DNA of 64,000 bases from Octopus vulgaris. Lineage: Eukaryota. The stretch's first letter is position 1, and every line of letters starts with the position of its first letter. Positions 1 through 12,485 of the stretch are shown one piece after another. A model generated the notes under the pieces. It saw nothing but the letters and a program-made list of their open reading frames with translations, was not told the DNA's origin and searched no databases. The stretch covers positions 118,668,001 through 118,732,000 of the forward strand of contig OX597821.1 in NCBI GenBank assembly GCA_951406725.2. The letters run 5' to 3'. A program made the translations under genes and the position numbers.

Positions 1-185
1 GTCTCGGTGGAGAGTGGAGCTTGTTGAGGCAGAGAAGGATGAGAGGAGATAAGGGAGTTGGGTGGTGAGTGGGAGGGTGAGATGGGTAGTAATTGAAGGG
101 TAGTCAGTTGTTAGGTTTGTGAATAGATGTCAAAATTTAGGGATATTGGTTATAGAACAATGGGAAGTTGAAACAATGGGAAAGA

Positions 186-2150
186 TGTGATCCTAAATGT
201 CAGATTGTTATAACACCCTCTTCGCTATAACAGTATAGTTGTTAGACCAGTAAGGGCACGACTATCTAAAACTGCCTACTTCGTACTCTCTCCCTCTCTA
301 TCTTTCTCTCTTTATATACTAACCGACGTCACCTTATTTATAGTGACTCACATATTACACGTGACATGGGAGGGGTCTACCATTATTATTTCTATCCCCA
401 CAACATTTCCCCTTTTAAGATTTTCTTTTTTTCTTAGTGAGTGTCATTTTATTTCTTTTAATTGCAATACTCTTTATATCACCCTACTTCTCATTTTTGA
501 GGGGTATTTTTTCTTAGTCACATATTTAATATTTTTTTCCGTTTGGTATCCACTTCCAGGAACCATGTACATCTTTTTCTTACGCTTGTGCGCCTGGGTT
601 CAGTCACCTGTAGTGGCGTTGGTACTTGAAAAGTATCATATAACCATTCTATTGGTTCTTCCATTCTCTTGGTTTCGTTCTCAACGAATCTTTATTTTCT
701 TCAGTTGGTTCATGTATCTCTTGTATACGTCTTTTCTACTTTTTACCAACTATGACATTTTTCTATGCATTTGGTAATCGCACCATCTTCCCAACTCTGT
801 TTTTCATTTTCATATGCCCTCAAAAATACCTTTTCACTAAGTTTGAAAACTCTTACTGTATTTTCCCTTGTAATTTTTCTTTTCTTGCTCGGTAGCAATT
901 TGTCGAAGACTGGTTTTATTTTCCTCGCAAACTTCAACTCCGCTGGTGACATACCTGCTGCTGTATTTGGATTTGGTGTCACACGGTCTGCTCTTAAGAA
1001 TTATTGTAGAGCCACCACGCCCGTGACCTCCTTATTCATCTTTCTCTTGAACGTATCGACAAAGCGTTCTGCTTGTCCGTTAGATCTCAGATGGTACAAC
1101 GCAATAGTTACATCTACTGCGACTATTTCACAAATCTTTTTAAATTCAAGAGACACAAATTGTGTTCCGTTGTTAGACACCATCGCCTCTGTCATGCCAA
1201 ACCTTGTAAACACTTAATGAGAAAAAAATTGTCGCATTTGAGGTAGTCGGGTTTTTACACTTTCAAATTTCAGATCATCTAGAGAAACTATCAACTACCA
1301 CTGAGTAGTATGAACCGTTTATAGGACCGTCGATAACTGAGTAGTATGGACCGTTTATAGGACCGTCGATAATTTTGCTGCTAGATTACATCTTCTACAG
1401 CCTGTCACTCAATTTTCGATTTCCCTATCCATTTTTGGCCAGGACACGTAGCTACGCATTAAAGCTTTCATCCTCGACATACCAAGATATCCAGCATGAA
1501 ACTCCCTCAACATTTTCTTCTGTATTGTTTCACGTATCACTGCTCTCTGTGCATTCATCAGTAGGCCATCACAAATTGAGTACAGATTCACGACTTGGTT
1601 TCGTTTCGCACCAAACCTTCGTCTGGTTCATACTTTAAACTCTGTTATCAAATTCGCAACATAATCTGGCGAGAACATTTTTTCCAGCGTTTCCTGATGA
1701 GTTACTATTCATTAATTACAGCATTTGTTGCTGTAATATTAATTATTGTTGTTTTTGTAGCATCTGATGTTGTTCTTGCAATTGCATCTGCTGTTGTTCT
1801 TTCAGTTGCTGCTGTTGCTGTTTTTGCAACTCGAGCAAATTGGCCAACAAATTTTCCGTAATTCTGCGATTTTTTTCCCCGTAAAATTCGCACAAAAGAA
1901 AAACTTTTGTTTGATAATTCCTCGTGGCTTTGTTAATTTCTCGTCGCATCTGTTATAATCCTTAATGTCGGATTCTTATAACGCCCTCTTCGGTATTGCA
2001 GTATAGTTTTTAGACCAGTAAAAACACGATTAAAACCGTCTACTTCGTACTTTCTCTCTATACTAACCGATATCACCTTATTTATAGCGACTTCCCACAC
2101 CACTCGTCACGTGGGAGGGATGTGGAATTATTATTATTATCCCCACAACT
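186..2150 (-). mobile_element. Internally deleted Ty3/Gypsy LTR retrotransposon (gag N-terminus and integrase remnants, no RT/RNase H)
   Basis: Direct repeats at 186-405 and ~1951-2150 with a 5-bp TSD AAAGA (181-185, 2151-2155). On the minus strand a polypurine tract (TTAAAAGGGGAAA) abuts the 3' LTR and a PBS-like GATGCGACGAG follows the 5' LTR. Integrase zinc-binding remnant 'LREFHAGYLGMSRMKALMRSYVSWPKMDREIE' (1409-1591) and core remnant 'FGMTEAMVSNNGTQFVSLEF...SNGQAERFVDTFKR' (1001-1213). Confidence 0.9.
1301..1372. repeat. 36-bp tandem duplication inside the Gypsy integrase region
   Basis: CTGAGTAGTATG(A/G)ACCGTTTATAGGACCGTCGATAA occurs twice in tandem. Confidence 0.9.
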
Positions 2151-2155
2151 AAAGA

Positions 2156-3300
2156 GAAGGGCAGCTATTAAAGAGAGGGGACAGGTCAAATTTATAGATT
2201 CTTATGGGGTGGCTAAGGTCAATTCGACAAAAAGAAGTTAGGTTAGCGGAGGAGGGAAATTACTAAGGTAAGTAGAAAGGTATGAGAGAAGATAGAGGGT
2301 AGTGGACAGAGTTGGTGAGGGGTAATTTGGTAGTTAAGACAGCAGCAGTTATTGCTAGAGGCTTTAGGTTGAAGAGGGGGATCAAGTAATGTAGGTGGGT
2401 TGTCGGTGAAGGAGAGTACTGAGGTATATAGAAGCGTATGAGGATATACAAGGTGTGAGGATGGGGTGACTGTAAGGGGGTACGATGTACAGGGTGAAAG
2501 GAATGTGCAAAGGTAATCATAAAAAGGAATAATTCCGTAGAAAAAGTTGTATTAATGCAAGAGATACGTTGCTAGTGAAACCTAGTTGCATCTTACGGTC
2601 AATAGTAATCGGATTACATAGATTTAGCAAAATGGGCAAATGATGAGTAGAACCTGTGTTTGCAAGAGAGTATTACATCTGAGAATCTATTAAATAATGA
2701 GGGGTTGTAGTTGCGAAGGATGTTTAGCGATTCCCTTAAACACAACTTACAAAAGCCGAGGTTAGTGTCATATGGGGAACCTCTCTTACGATGGACCAGA
2801 GTAAGGTATGGGGAATATTTCGATATTTGAGTTTGTGCATATAAGTTACTAAGGAGGTAGATCATTTAGAATTAGATTAGAGAAAGAAAGTTCGTGCATG
2901 CTCGATGGTGCTGCCTATGTAGACCGTTGTTTGGTGGGAGCGCGGTGTTACTACTCGGCATTTGTAGATTATATTTTTGCGTAGACAGGAACCTTTAAGA
3001 GGGTAAAGTTGAGACACCCAGAAATTGCAGGTTTTCCTGCCTCACCTACGGTTGCAATCTATCGACGGGAAGCTCAGGTTCGTATGATATGTTATCAACA
3101 AAGCGGAACTGGGGGTATAATCAGTACCAGTATTGGATTGGGAAGGGATATCATCACTGGTATATGTGGTCATATGGGTAGTATTGTGGGGCGAAGCATT
3201 AAGGTGGGGAGGGGTATTGTGACGGGTAAGGTTACTAAGTGTTGTATTATTGCATCTAATTGGATGCAACTGATGATGCAACTGAATATGATTATAAGAA
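2156..3300 (-). mobile_element. Penelope-like element remnant (GIY-YIG endonuclease), probably continuing at 1-180 beyond the Gypsy insertion
   Basis: Minus-strand translation near 3030-2880 gives 'PLKGSCLRKNIIYKCRVV...TVYIGST' (IIY...YIG). ORF 2614-2865 gives 'FCKLCLRESLNIL...LFNRFSDVILSCKHR', a typical Penelope endonuclease C-terminus. Bases 1-180 have similar composition. Confidence 0.7.
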
Positions 3301-3492
3301 AAAGAAAAACAACAAGAATATGAAGATAATCATAGAGGAAAATGATGTTAATAGTTAATTGTTAATGATGAAGATGACAAGGATTATGAAACTGATGAGG
3401 ATGGAGATTGTGTAGATGAAAAGATGAGGAGAAGGAGCAGAGGGAGAAGACGATGGTGATGATGATGACAAAGACAGGAGCAACGACGACAG

Positions 3493-3536
<44 letters not shown>

Positions 3537-3663
3537 GTGATGATGGTGATGGTGATGATGAGTACGACATCGTGATATTGAAGGCGATGATGATGACGAT
3601 GATAGATAGATGGAGATTATAGAAATTATAGCCCCTATGGCTAATAAAGAAAGGATTCTTCTT

Positions 3664-3731
<68 letters not shown>

Positions 3732-3762
3732 GATTATTATTATTATTATTTTGTTGTTGTTG
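3290..3762. repeat. Compound microsatellite (GAT)n, (CTT)n, (TTA)n, (TTG)n
   Basis: Directly visible trinucleotide runs. Confidence 0.95.
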
Positions 3763-4385
3763 TCTTTGCACAGCTTCTAACGCTGGAGATGTACTATAGT
3801 GTCAGATGTTCACTACCAGTGAACTAAGGTAACACCTCTTATTTTTCGTGCACCTTCCGAAATATTCGAGCGGTTCCAAGCAGTACTATTTTCTGGTGCA
3901 ACTTGTCCAATGGTCAAGCCCGGCTATATTGTCATGACGTCTCTATATTGTCGTGACGTCTCTTATATTCCTTCTGGGCTTGTGGCGTACATTGGCTGGT
4001 AATATGACATACGGTTTCACCGTTTTGTCCACAAATTCTGCACCTATCGCTTTCTGATGTGTTGTCTATTTTGTATTTTATATAGTCTGTTCTTAGTGCT
4101 TGCTCTGAGGCAGCACAGATTCTGGCCTCCTTTTCCGGTTTTAAATCACTTTTAGTCATCCACAGCCATCTTTTTTCTTTGTATGTCGTATCATGCATTG
4201 ACCATGCATTCTTTTCTTTTCCCACCTATTTTCAGTTTCATTAGTTTTCAATTTCTTTTATAGTGCTTTATCATTGTAATCTTCCATTCTACACAAGCCA
4301 GACCTTCCTACTTCTAATAATAGCGGCTCTGTGACATTTTTTACATACCACTTTATGTTGTTTTCTTCTGCTCTAATGCTGTGTA
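3763..4385 (-). mobile_element. R4/Dong-clade non-LTR retrotransposon 3' fragment
   Basis: 'WMTKSDLKPEKEARICAASEQALRT...CRICGQNGETVCHITSQC...EYKRRHDNI' (CCHC and RH motif), the C-terminal 'VLLGTARI', and (TTA)n on both flanks. Confidence 0.85.
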
Positions 4386-4431
4386 AATAATAATTCTAAA
4401 CACAGCATTAGAGTAGAATTATTATTATCAA

Positions 4432-4491
<60 letters not shown>

Positions 4492-4538
4492 TACTATTAT
4501 TATTATTATGATTATTATTATTATTATTATTAATATTA

Positions 4539-4611
<73 letters not shown>

Positions 4612-4612
4612 T

Positions 4613-5052
4613 GAGTAAGTGAGTAGTGCATGCCATCAAAGTGACACTGGGTTAAAATATATGAAGCTCAGTATATCCACTATGACTACCCGTAAGACAA
4701 CGATACAACAGGCACATGCATCACAACCATATTTGCGCGACATCTTAATTTCATATCAAGATTAACAGCGCATTACCTTACAGGTGGATCCCACTTAGAA
4801 TTTTCTTCTGGTGCAGTAGCCCATCCCGCTCAAAAGGTCCCTGAATAAGGGTTGTTTAAGGATGTTGAACGAAACACCAAACTTTCCAGCGGTGAATTAT
4901 CCAAACCTCAAAGAATCCCTCTCAACATATAGTATATGATGCTCCCCCACTACTTCTGCTCGTGATCAGAGATGCACATATCGTCAGCCACTAAGGGACA
5001 TGGTCAACTGGTTAAGATCAAACAACTGACAAGCAAATCTGTGGTATTGAGC
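4613..5052. mobile_element. ~550-bp non-coding (TAA)n-associated repeat, copy 1 (truncated, fused to an R4 fragment)
   Basis: Aligns by eye to 5452-5971 and 6075-6631 (GTGCATGCCATCAAAGTGACACTGG...CAAGCAAATCTGTGGTATTGAGC). Confidence 0.8.
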
Positions 5053-5342
5053 CGGAGTATTCGAGCGGTTCCAAGCAGTGCTGTTTTCTGCATGTGCTAC
5101 ACCCTTATTGCAGCCCCTATACATGTACTTCTCAAGAGTTTTACTAAATGTTCCCAGGGCTCCGACAATTATTGGTACTACTACCATCTTTTTCATCGCC
5201 TGCAACTGCTTAACTTTCCAAGCTAACCTGTCATATCTATCGACTTTTCTTTCTTATTGTCATGCCATACGGTTTCTCTATTTTGTCCACAAATTCTGCA
5301 CTTATCACTTTCTGATGTGCTTTCTATTCTGTTTTTTCTGTG
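5053..5342 (-). mobile_element. R4/Dong-clade C-terminal fragment
   Basis: 'SDKCRICGQNRETVWH' and 'VVVPIIVGALGT'; similar to 3763-4385. Confidence 0.75.
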
Positions 5343-5364
5343 TATCATCATCATCACCATCATC

Positions 5365-5451
<87 letters not shown>

Positions 5452-5971
5452 GAGTGAGAGAACAGTGCATGTCATCAAGTGTAACACAGGGGTAAAATAT
5501 ACGAAGCTCAGTATAACCATCATGACTACACGTCCGATAAGGGTACACTATACACATGCATCACAACCATAAGTGCGCGACATGGTGATCTCATATCAAG
5601 ATAAACAGCACATGACCTTGCAAGAGGGGCCCAGTTAGAATTTTCTTCTGGTCGAGTAGCCCAGCCTGCTCAAAAAGTCCCTGAATAAGGATGCTGAACA
5701 GACCAACCATGTTTCCAAAGGTGTATTATTCAAACCTCCAAGAATTCCTTTCAATACACGGCTATGGTGCTCCTCTACTACTTCTGCTCGTGATCAGAGA
5801 TGCACATATCGTCAGCCACTAAAGGACATGCTCAACTGGTTATGGTCAAACAACTGACAAGCAAATCTGTGGTATTGAGCAGAATATTTGCTGTAGCCCA
5901 TCTTTTATACCAAGACAAAACAATGTACATGATAACACTTCTAATAAGTTAAGATCAGAAGCCATGGGAGC
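5452..5971. mobile_element. ~550-bp non-coding (TAA)n-associated repeat, copy 2
   Basis: Homologous to copies 1 and 3; bounded by (TTA)n on both sides. Confidence 0.8.
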
Positions 5972-5991
5972 TACTGTTATTATTATTATTA

Positions 5992-6070
<79 letters not shown>

Positions 6071-6074
6071 CATT

Positions 6075-6631
6075 GAGTGAGAGAGCAGTTCATGCCATCA
6101 AAGTGACACTGGGGTAAAATATACGAAGCCCAATATACCCATCATGACTACCCGTCTGATAAAGGTACACCAGGCACATGCATCACAACCATATGTGCGC
6201 GACATGGTGATCTCATATCAAGATAAACAGCACATGACCTTGCAGGTGGGGCCCAGTTAGAATTTTCTTCAGGTTGAGTAGCCCATCCCGCTCAAACGGT
6301 CCCTGAATAAGGGTTGTTTAAGGATGCTGAAAGAACCACCCATGTTTCCAGAGATGAACTATTCAAACCCCAAAGAATCCCTCTCAACACATGGCTATGA
6401 TGCTCCCCCACTACTTCTGCTCGTGATCAGAGATGCACATATCGTCAGCCACTAAGGGACATGCTCAACTGGTTAAGGTCAAACAACTGACAAGCAAATC
6501 TGTGGTATTGAGCAGAATATTTGCTGTAGCCCATCTTTTATACCAAGACAAAACAATGTACATGATAACACTTCCAATCAGTTAAGATCAGAAGCCATGA
6601 GAGCCACTGCCTGGTACTGCATCAGGGCATC
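6075..6631. mobile_element. ~550-bp non-coding (TAA)n-associated repeat, copy 3 (longest)
   Basis: Homologous to copies 1 and 2; bounded by (TTA)n on both sides. Confidence 0.8.
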
Positions 6632-6942
<311 letters not shown>

Positions 6943-8818
6943 CAGTAGTTTTATTTTTATTTTTATAGCGTGCTTTCACTTCACTACCGAGCGCAGCTCT
7001 GTGTGCCTTGGGTATGTGCTGTGATTTGTTGTGATGCTCTGATGGTTATTGTATGGAAAGTGTTCTGCGTAGGATGTGTGCAGTGCCTAGTAGTTCAATT
7101 TTCTGTATGTTATATGTGTTTGTAAGTCCTGGTGTTTTTGTTATGTATTTGTCTGAATATTTTTTTATCATGCCTAATGCACCTACTATGATAGGAATTG
7201 TTTCTGTTTTCAGATTCCACATTCTAGTTACCTCTATTTCCAGGTCTTTGTATTTTGGGAGTTTCTCCATTTCTTTTAGAGACACGTTGTCATCTGCCGG
7301 TACTGATACATCAATTAGAAAGCATTTTTTTTCTTCATGGTCTCTGACAACTATATCTGGTCTGTTGGCCTTAATTTCTTTATCTGTGTGTATCGGCATA
7401 TCCCAGAGTATGGTCGCCCTCTCGCTCTCTGAGACCCATTCTGGTGTGTGCCTATACCATCTTTTTTCTGTTGTTGTTCCATAATGTTGGCATAGCTTCC
7501 AATGTATGTAAATTCCAACTCTGTCATGTCTGTGAATATATTCCTTCTTAGCCAGGACTGGGCAGCTAGAGATAATATGATTTATTGTTTCTTGTCCATC
7601 TCCACATATTCTGCAGTTACTTGTAATATTTCTTTTCATTACATGTTTTTGGTAATTTCTGGTGGGGAGGCTTTGGTCTTGTGCTGCAATTAAAAATCCC
7701 TCTGTTTCTGCTTTGAGTCCTGAGCTTCTCAACCATTGCTGGGATTTTTCTTTGTCTATTTCTTTTGCGTTTAGTTTAGTCCAGTATTTACCATGAAGGG
7801 GCTTTTCTTGCCATCGTTTTATCATGGTTCGTTGCTGTTCTATTTTTAGTTTGGATTTCATTTTTTTTATAGCTTTTGTTGTTTCTTCATCTTCTTCTTC
7901 TTCTTCATGTTTATTAGGTGGTATGATTTCTTGTTTGTATTTGTCAGCTTCCTTAAATACTGAGAACAGTTTCTTGTTTTGCTCGTGTTTTGCCGCTATC
8001 TGGATCAGTTTTCCTTCCTTCTGAAGTAGATATTTTTGCAGTCCTATGGTGGTTATTTTATAGTAGTTTTCCAGCTGTATAAGGCCTCTACCACCTTCTA
8101 TACGTTGTATATATAGTCTTTCTATGTCAGATTTTGGGTGATGCATCCTAGATCCTGTCATTATTTTTCTTGTTTTCCGATCTATTTTGGTCAGTTCATT
8201 TCGTGTCCAGTTAAGGATATTGTAGCTGTAACTTATAACTGGGACAGCTAAAGTGTTGATACCTATTATCTTGTTTTTAGCATTGAGCTCTGTGTTTAGT
8301 ATTGATCTAACTCGTCTATAATATTCTTTTTTTATTTTCTCTTTCATTTGTGTGTGTTGTGTCTTATCTAGTTCATGGATTCCTAAGTATTTGTAAGTTT
8401 GGCTTTGGTCTAATTCTTTTATTTCATTTGCTTCATCTAGTGTGATGTTGTTACTCTTAACTAGTTTTCCTCCTTTCAGGGTTACTTTGGCGCATTTTTC
8501 TAATCCAAATTTCATATCTATTTCTTTGGTAAATCCATGAACTGTCTTTAATAGTGTTTCTAGCTGTTTGTCATTTGCAGCGTATAGTTTTAGGTCATCC
8601 ATATATAAAAGGTGGCTGATCGTTTTGCCGTAACATTTATATCCGCATCCAGTTCCATTTAGCATATCAGATAGAGGTGACAGTGCCAAGCAGAAAAGGA
8701 GTGGAGAGAGCGTATCTCCCTGGAATATTCCTCTTCTAATGGGGATGTCTTTGGTTTTCATGAGTCCCTCTTTTGTTTGGAGGTGTAGGACTGTTTGCCA
8801 TTTATTCATAGAGTGCTC

Positions 8819-8820
<2 letters not shown>
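6943..8820 (-). mobile_element. 5'-truncated R4/Dong-clade non-LTR retrotransposon with an uninterrupted ~590-aa ORF (7046-8820: RT C-half, CCHC, restriction-like endonuclease)
   Basis: 'RGIFQGDTLSPLLF', 'HLLYMDDLKL', 'CRICGDGQETINHIISSC', 'RHDRV', 'RPDIVV...LIDVSVP...EKLPKY', 'PIIVGALG'. Short 3' UTR and (TAA)n on both sides, matching the known TAA-repeat targeting of Dong elements. Confidence 0.93.
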
Positions 8821-8850
<30 letters not shown>

Positions 8851-8851
8851 T

Positions 8852-11530
8852 TATTGCCGAGTACATTGGGCGTCTTTTTAAACGCTTGAAGTCCTTTTGA
8901 AAACACTTGTTTATACTCGGTTGGATATAAATTTTATTCTAAGTTCTTAATAGAAACACCAAAAACGTGTCACTGGGTTTCTGTGTTTGTTTTGCCCCTT
9001 GCGGGACTATATTTACCCTTCGAAATACGTTCGGTAGGCGTTTAATCATATAAAATGGAACAAGATGATGGTACCCAACTTGAAAGATTTCAGAAAGAAA
9101 ACTGCCCCCTCCTGCAGGTGTATTTACTACTGAAGATAACCCTTCCACACCTTCCCTCTTTTACTGGCAAAATACAAGACAAGGGTAGGAGAAAACGCAG
9201 GGGGAAAGCACAATGTCGACCTCGCAGCAGCAACAGTGAAAGCGGCAGGATTTGTCGCAAGAGTAGCAGCAGGAGCAACGGCGGAGGCAGCAGCAGTAGT
9301 ATCAGAAACAGCAATTTCGTTAACAATGCTACGGATTTTAGCGGGGAGTAGAATGTTACATTATAAACGAAGTCGAAGGAAAGAGCAGTAAGAGTAATGG
9401 TGAGAGTAGCACCACCACCACCACCACCAGCAACAACAACGACGACAACAACAAAGCCAAACAATTTCACGACATGGCGAACACAAAGAGGAAGATGTTT
9501 TCCGTTGCACTCGATGAGAAAACACTTGAACTCTCAAAAGCGAAAGACATTATTAAATTTGAGATGGATAAGGCAGCAGTGCTCGCACTTCCCGAAATAA
9601 TCGAGACAAAAGAAGACGGTCTATTTTAGGTTAATATCATGCAAAAGTAGAAGAGCAGAAATCGCCTCCTTCAGTCACGTTGAGAAGGCCCCAAAAGAAA
9701 TTTTAATAGATGTGGCCCATATATAGGTAGGGATGCAGTTTGCCACCATCAAAGTCCTCTTTAAAAGTGAGGACCACGTGCGAAGACATGCGTGAAGTCC
9801 TCCGATGGACTGAGAAATGTATTTTGCATCCCACCTACCTCGTAAAGAGGACGTCTAGGGTTAGGGTAACGGGCGTACCACCGGGTGTAAACGTCTAGTT
9901 GATTGTCGCATGTGTGATGCAGAACCAAGACATAGGCAAACCGCATCGGGTCTTCCAGATCGTATCTAAACAGAGTGTTTTGTAGGTCTGTAGATAGAAG
10001 TACTTTGCCGAATTGTACAGGGCGCACAGAATTGAAATGGGGACGGAGGTGGATTTCCACTCCTATCTCAGTGGTATACCACACCTCTCGGCTAGGGGTG
10101 CGGAGTTCTGCGAAATGCCGATAACACCCGAAGATATACGGGACGCGATGATTAGCTGCGCAAGAGAGAGGTCTCCGGGTCTGGAGACCCGTCGAGCTTT
10201 ATCATTATATGCCAGGCTTGTTCGATGACCTTTTGGCAGATGTATACGACAACAGACTGCAGAACCAGAGAATTCCCATTGCTGTGAATCGTGGAATAAT
10301 GGTGCTACTGAGAAAGGACTCGAACAAGGGGGACCAATTTCAGGCCCATAACGCTGCTAAACGCAGATTAGAAGATTTTGGGCGAGGTTTTAGGCAAGAG
10401 GTTGGCGCTTGTCGTCGATAGGCTGGTCGATATTCCGAACATATCTATTCACGACAACCTCCACCTCCGGTGCTACATCATTGAGCAGGTAGGGAAGGAA
10501 CCTGGCATGAGTAGGGCTCTGATCAATTTGGATCAATCTAAAGATTTTGATAGGTTCGACCACCAATACCTGGAGGCTGTTCTCAGCAGTGAGCTTTGGT
10601 CCCTTTTTCAGATGCTAGATCGCTTTTCAGCGGCATTTATTCGGTGATCAAAGTAAATGGCCACCTATCGGAATGGTTTAGCATCACTCGTTCAGTCCGT
10701 TAAGAAGGCCCTCTCTCGCATATTCTGTACACACTGGCTCTCGAGCAATTGCTACGGAAGCTGGATGTTTCGAGGGGCATCTCGCGTGATCTAGAATGCG
10801 GTAGTTTCGTGTCGGCTTATGCGGTCGACCTCACCATAGTAGTATCGGTCACCTCGGAAATTGAGGTGGTCGGCACTGCTGTAAGGGAGTACGGAGCAGT
10901 CGCAGGAGCAAAGATCAACCAGGAAAAGACGGTGGGCCTGCAACATGGCACCTGGAGAGACATGTCAACGCCAACCAACAGCGTTTTAGGGCATTGGACT
11001 AAAGGACCGGTTAATTTACTCGTGGTTTGGTTTGGTCCAGACCTCTATGTGGAGAGGAACTGATTGGATGTGACGAGAGGGGTAACCACTGTCACCGAGA
11101 AATAGGCAGAGAGGAGGTTGTCCTTCATGGCACGGCCGGAGGTGGCAAATGCGTACATCACTTCTGTCATCTACTACCGTCTGGCTGTCGTCCCTTGGCC
11201 CACTTCATGCCTGATAAAGCTGGAGCGCTTGCTTTTCCGTTCGTCAGACGTTCCATCTACTGTCAATAACCGCTGAGTTGAAGACTGGGCATGCCACGGC
11301 TAATGATGCGCAGACATGCGCTGAGCCTGCGATATCTCATAAATGTTTTCTTAACGGTGAGCAGCTGTGGTCGCCGTTTCTCAAACGGATTTTCCTCATC
11401 TCGTCTCATTGATGGACTTAGAGTCCTGGGTCAGACATAGACCAAGAAAGGGCGCTTGGAACTTGGAGTATAGGCAAGTGGTCACATCTTTCGGCTAGTC
11501 GAACAACATGGTCAGTGGAAGTTCCACAAA
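8852..11530 (+). mobile_element. Degenerate Tx1-like LINE (ORF1 and RT remnants)
   Basis: 'RERSPGL', 'IHDNLHL..LINLDQSKDFDRFDHQYL', 'SAYAVDLTI', 'GAKINQEK', with many stops and frameshifts; homologous to 34545-38330 and 58790-63050. Confidence 0.8.
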
Positions 11531-11848
11531 GATAAATTATAATAAATACATTTATTAATCCAATTTACATCGAATATTTTTTTTGTCGATTACAAAAAGA
11601 AAAGATAATTTTTTCTTTCAGAAATTGCATAAAACATTAGGTTAATCATTTTGGCAGCTTGGCTGATTTTGGCAAGTTTGGAGGTGGTCAATAAATAAGG
11701 AAACAAAACTTATAAAAAAGACGACGACGACGAAGAAGAAGAAGAACAATAACAACAACAACAACAACAACAACAACAATAGCAACAAGAAGAAGAACAA
11801 CAACAAAAACAATATTGAGAATTATATCGTGAGTGAAAGCGTCTGAAG

Positions 11849-11885
11849 AATACTGAGGCAACCAATTTGAGTATGGACAAGCTAT
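11849..11885 (-). pseudogene. Truncated LRR pseudo-exon (second cassette type)
   Basis: Shares acceptor context TTCTCCCTTTTATAAT and downstream CTTCAGAC..TTTCACTCACGATATAAT with the 12414-12485 unit. Has a CAG acceptor, an in-frame TAG, and lacks the 3' half and donor. Confidence 0.45.
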
Positions 11886-12413
11886 CTGAATTATAAAAGG
11901 GAGAATAAGATAGAATAGTTTCGTGATAAAATATTGAATATTGAGCGATAAGATAGGGAGGAAAACGAAAAATAATTAGGAGGATGAGGAAGAAATAAAT
12001 ATGAAGAAAAGGAAGAAGGAAAAGAAGGATAAAGGGGAATAAGAAGAAAATATTAAGGAAAAGAAGAAGAAAGAGGAAAAGAAGAAGAAGAAGAAGTAGG
12101 AGGAGGAGGAGGCGGAGAAAAAGGAGAAGAAGATCAAAAAAATGAAGAAGAAAAAAAAGTAAAAAAAAGAAGAGAAAACAGATGATGAACAAGAAAAAGG
12201 AGAAGGAGAAGGAGAAGGAGGAGGAGGAGAAGAAGAAGCAGAAGAAGAAGAAGAAGAAGAAAAACAAGGAGAAAAAGAAAAGGAAGAATAAATAGAAAAA
12301 GAACAAGAAGAAGAACGACAAGGAGAAGACGAAAAACAACAACAGCACCAATAACAAGAATAACAATATTATATCGTGAGTGAAAGAGTCTGAAGTAAAG
12401 AGAGACAAATTAC

Positions 12414-12485
12414 AAAAAAGGGAAACTGTAGAGATTTGGAAACAATCCAACGTTCATGTCCATAATATGTTTGCGGTTAAGGTGC
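12414..12485 (-). pseudogene. Degenerate 72-bp LRR exon (second cassette type)
   Basis: Phase-2 translation (L)HLNRKHIMDMNVGLFPNLYSFPF(L) keeps LRR spacing. Donor is GTAATT, but the acceptor reads CCG instead of CAG. Confidence 0.55.

Noticed and set aside
343-1217. Hydrophobic plus-strand ORFs (144 and 150 aa)
   Set aside because: Antisense shadows of the A-rich Gypsy integrase and 3' region.
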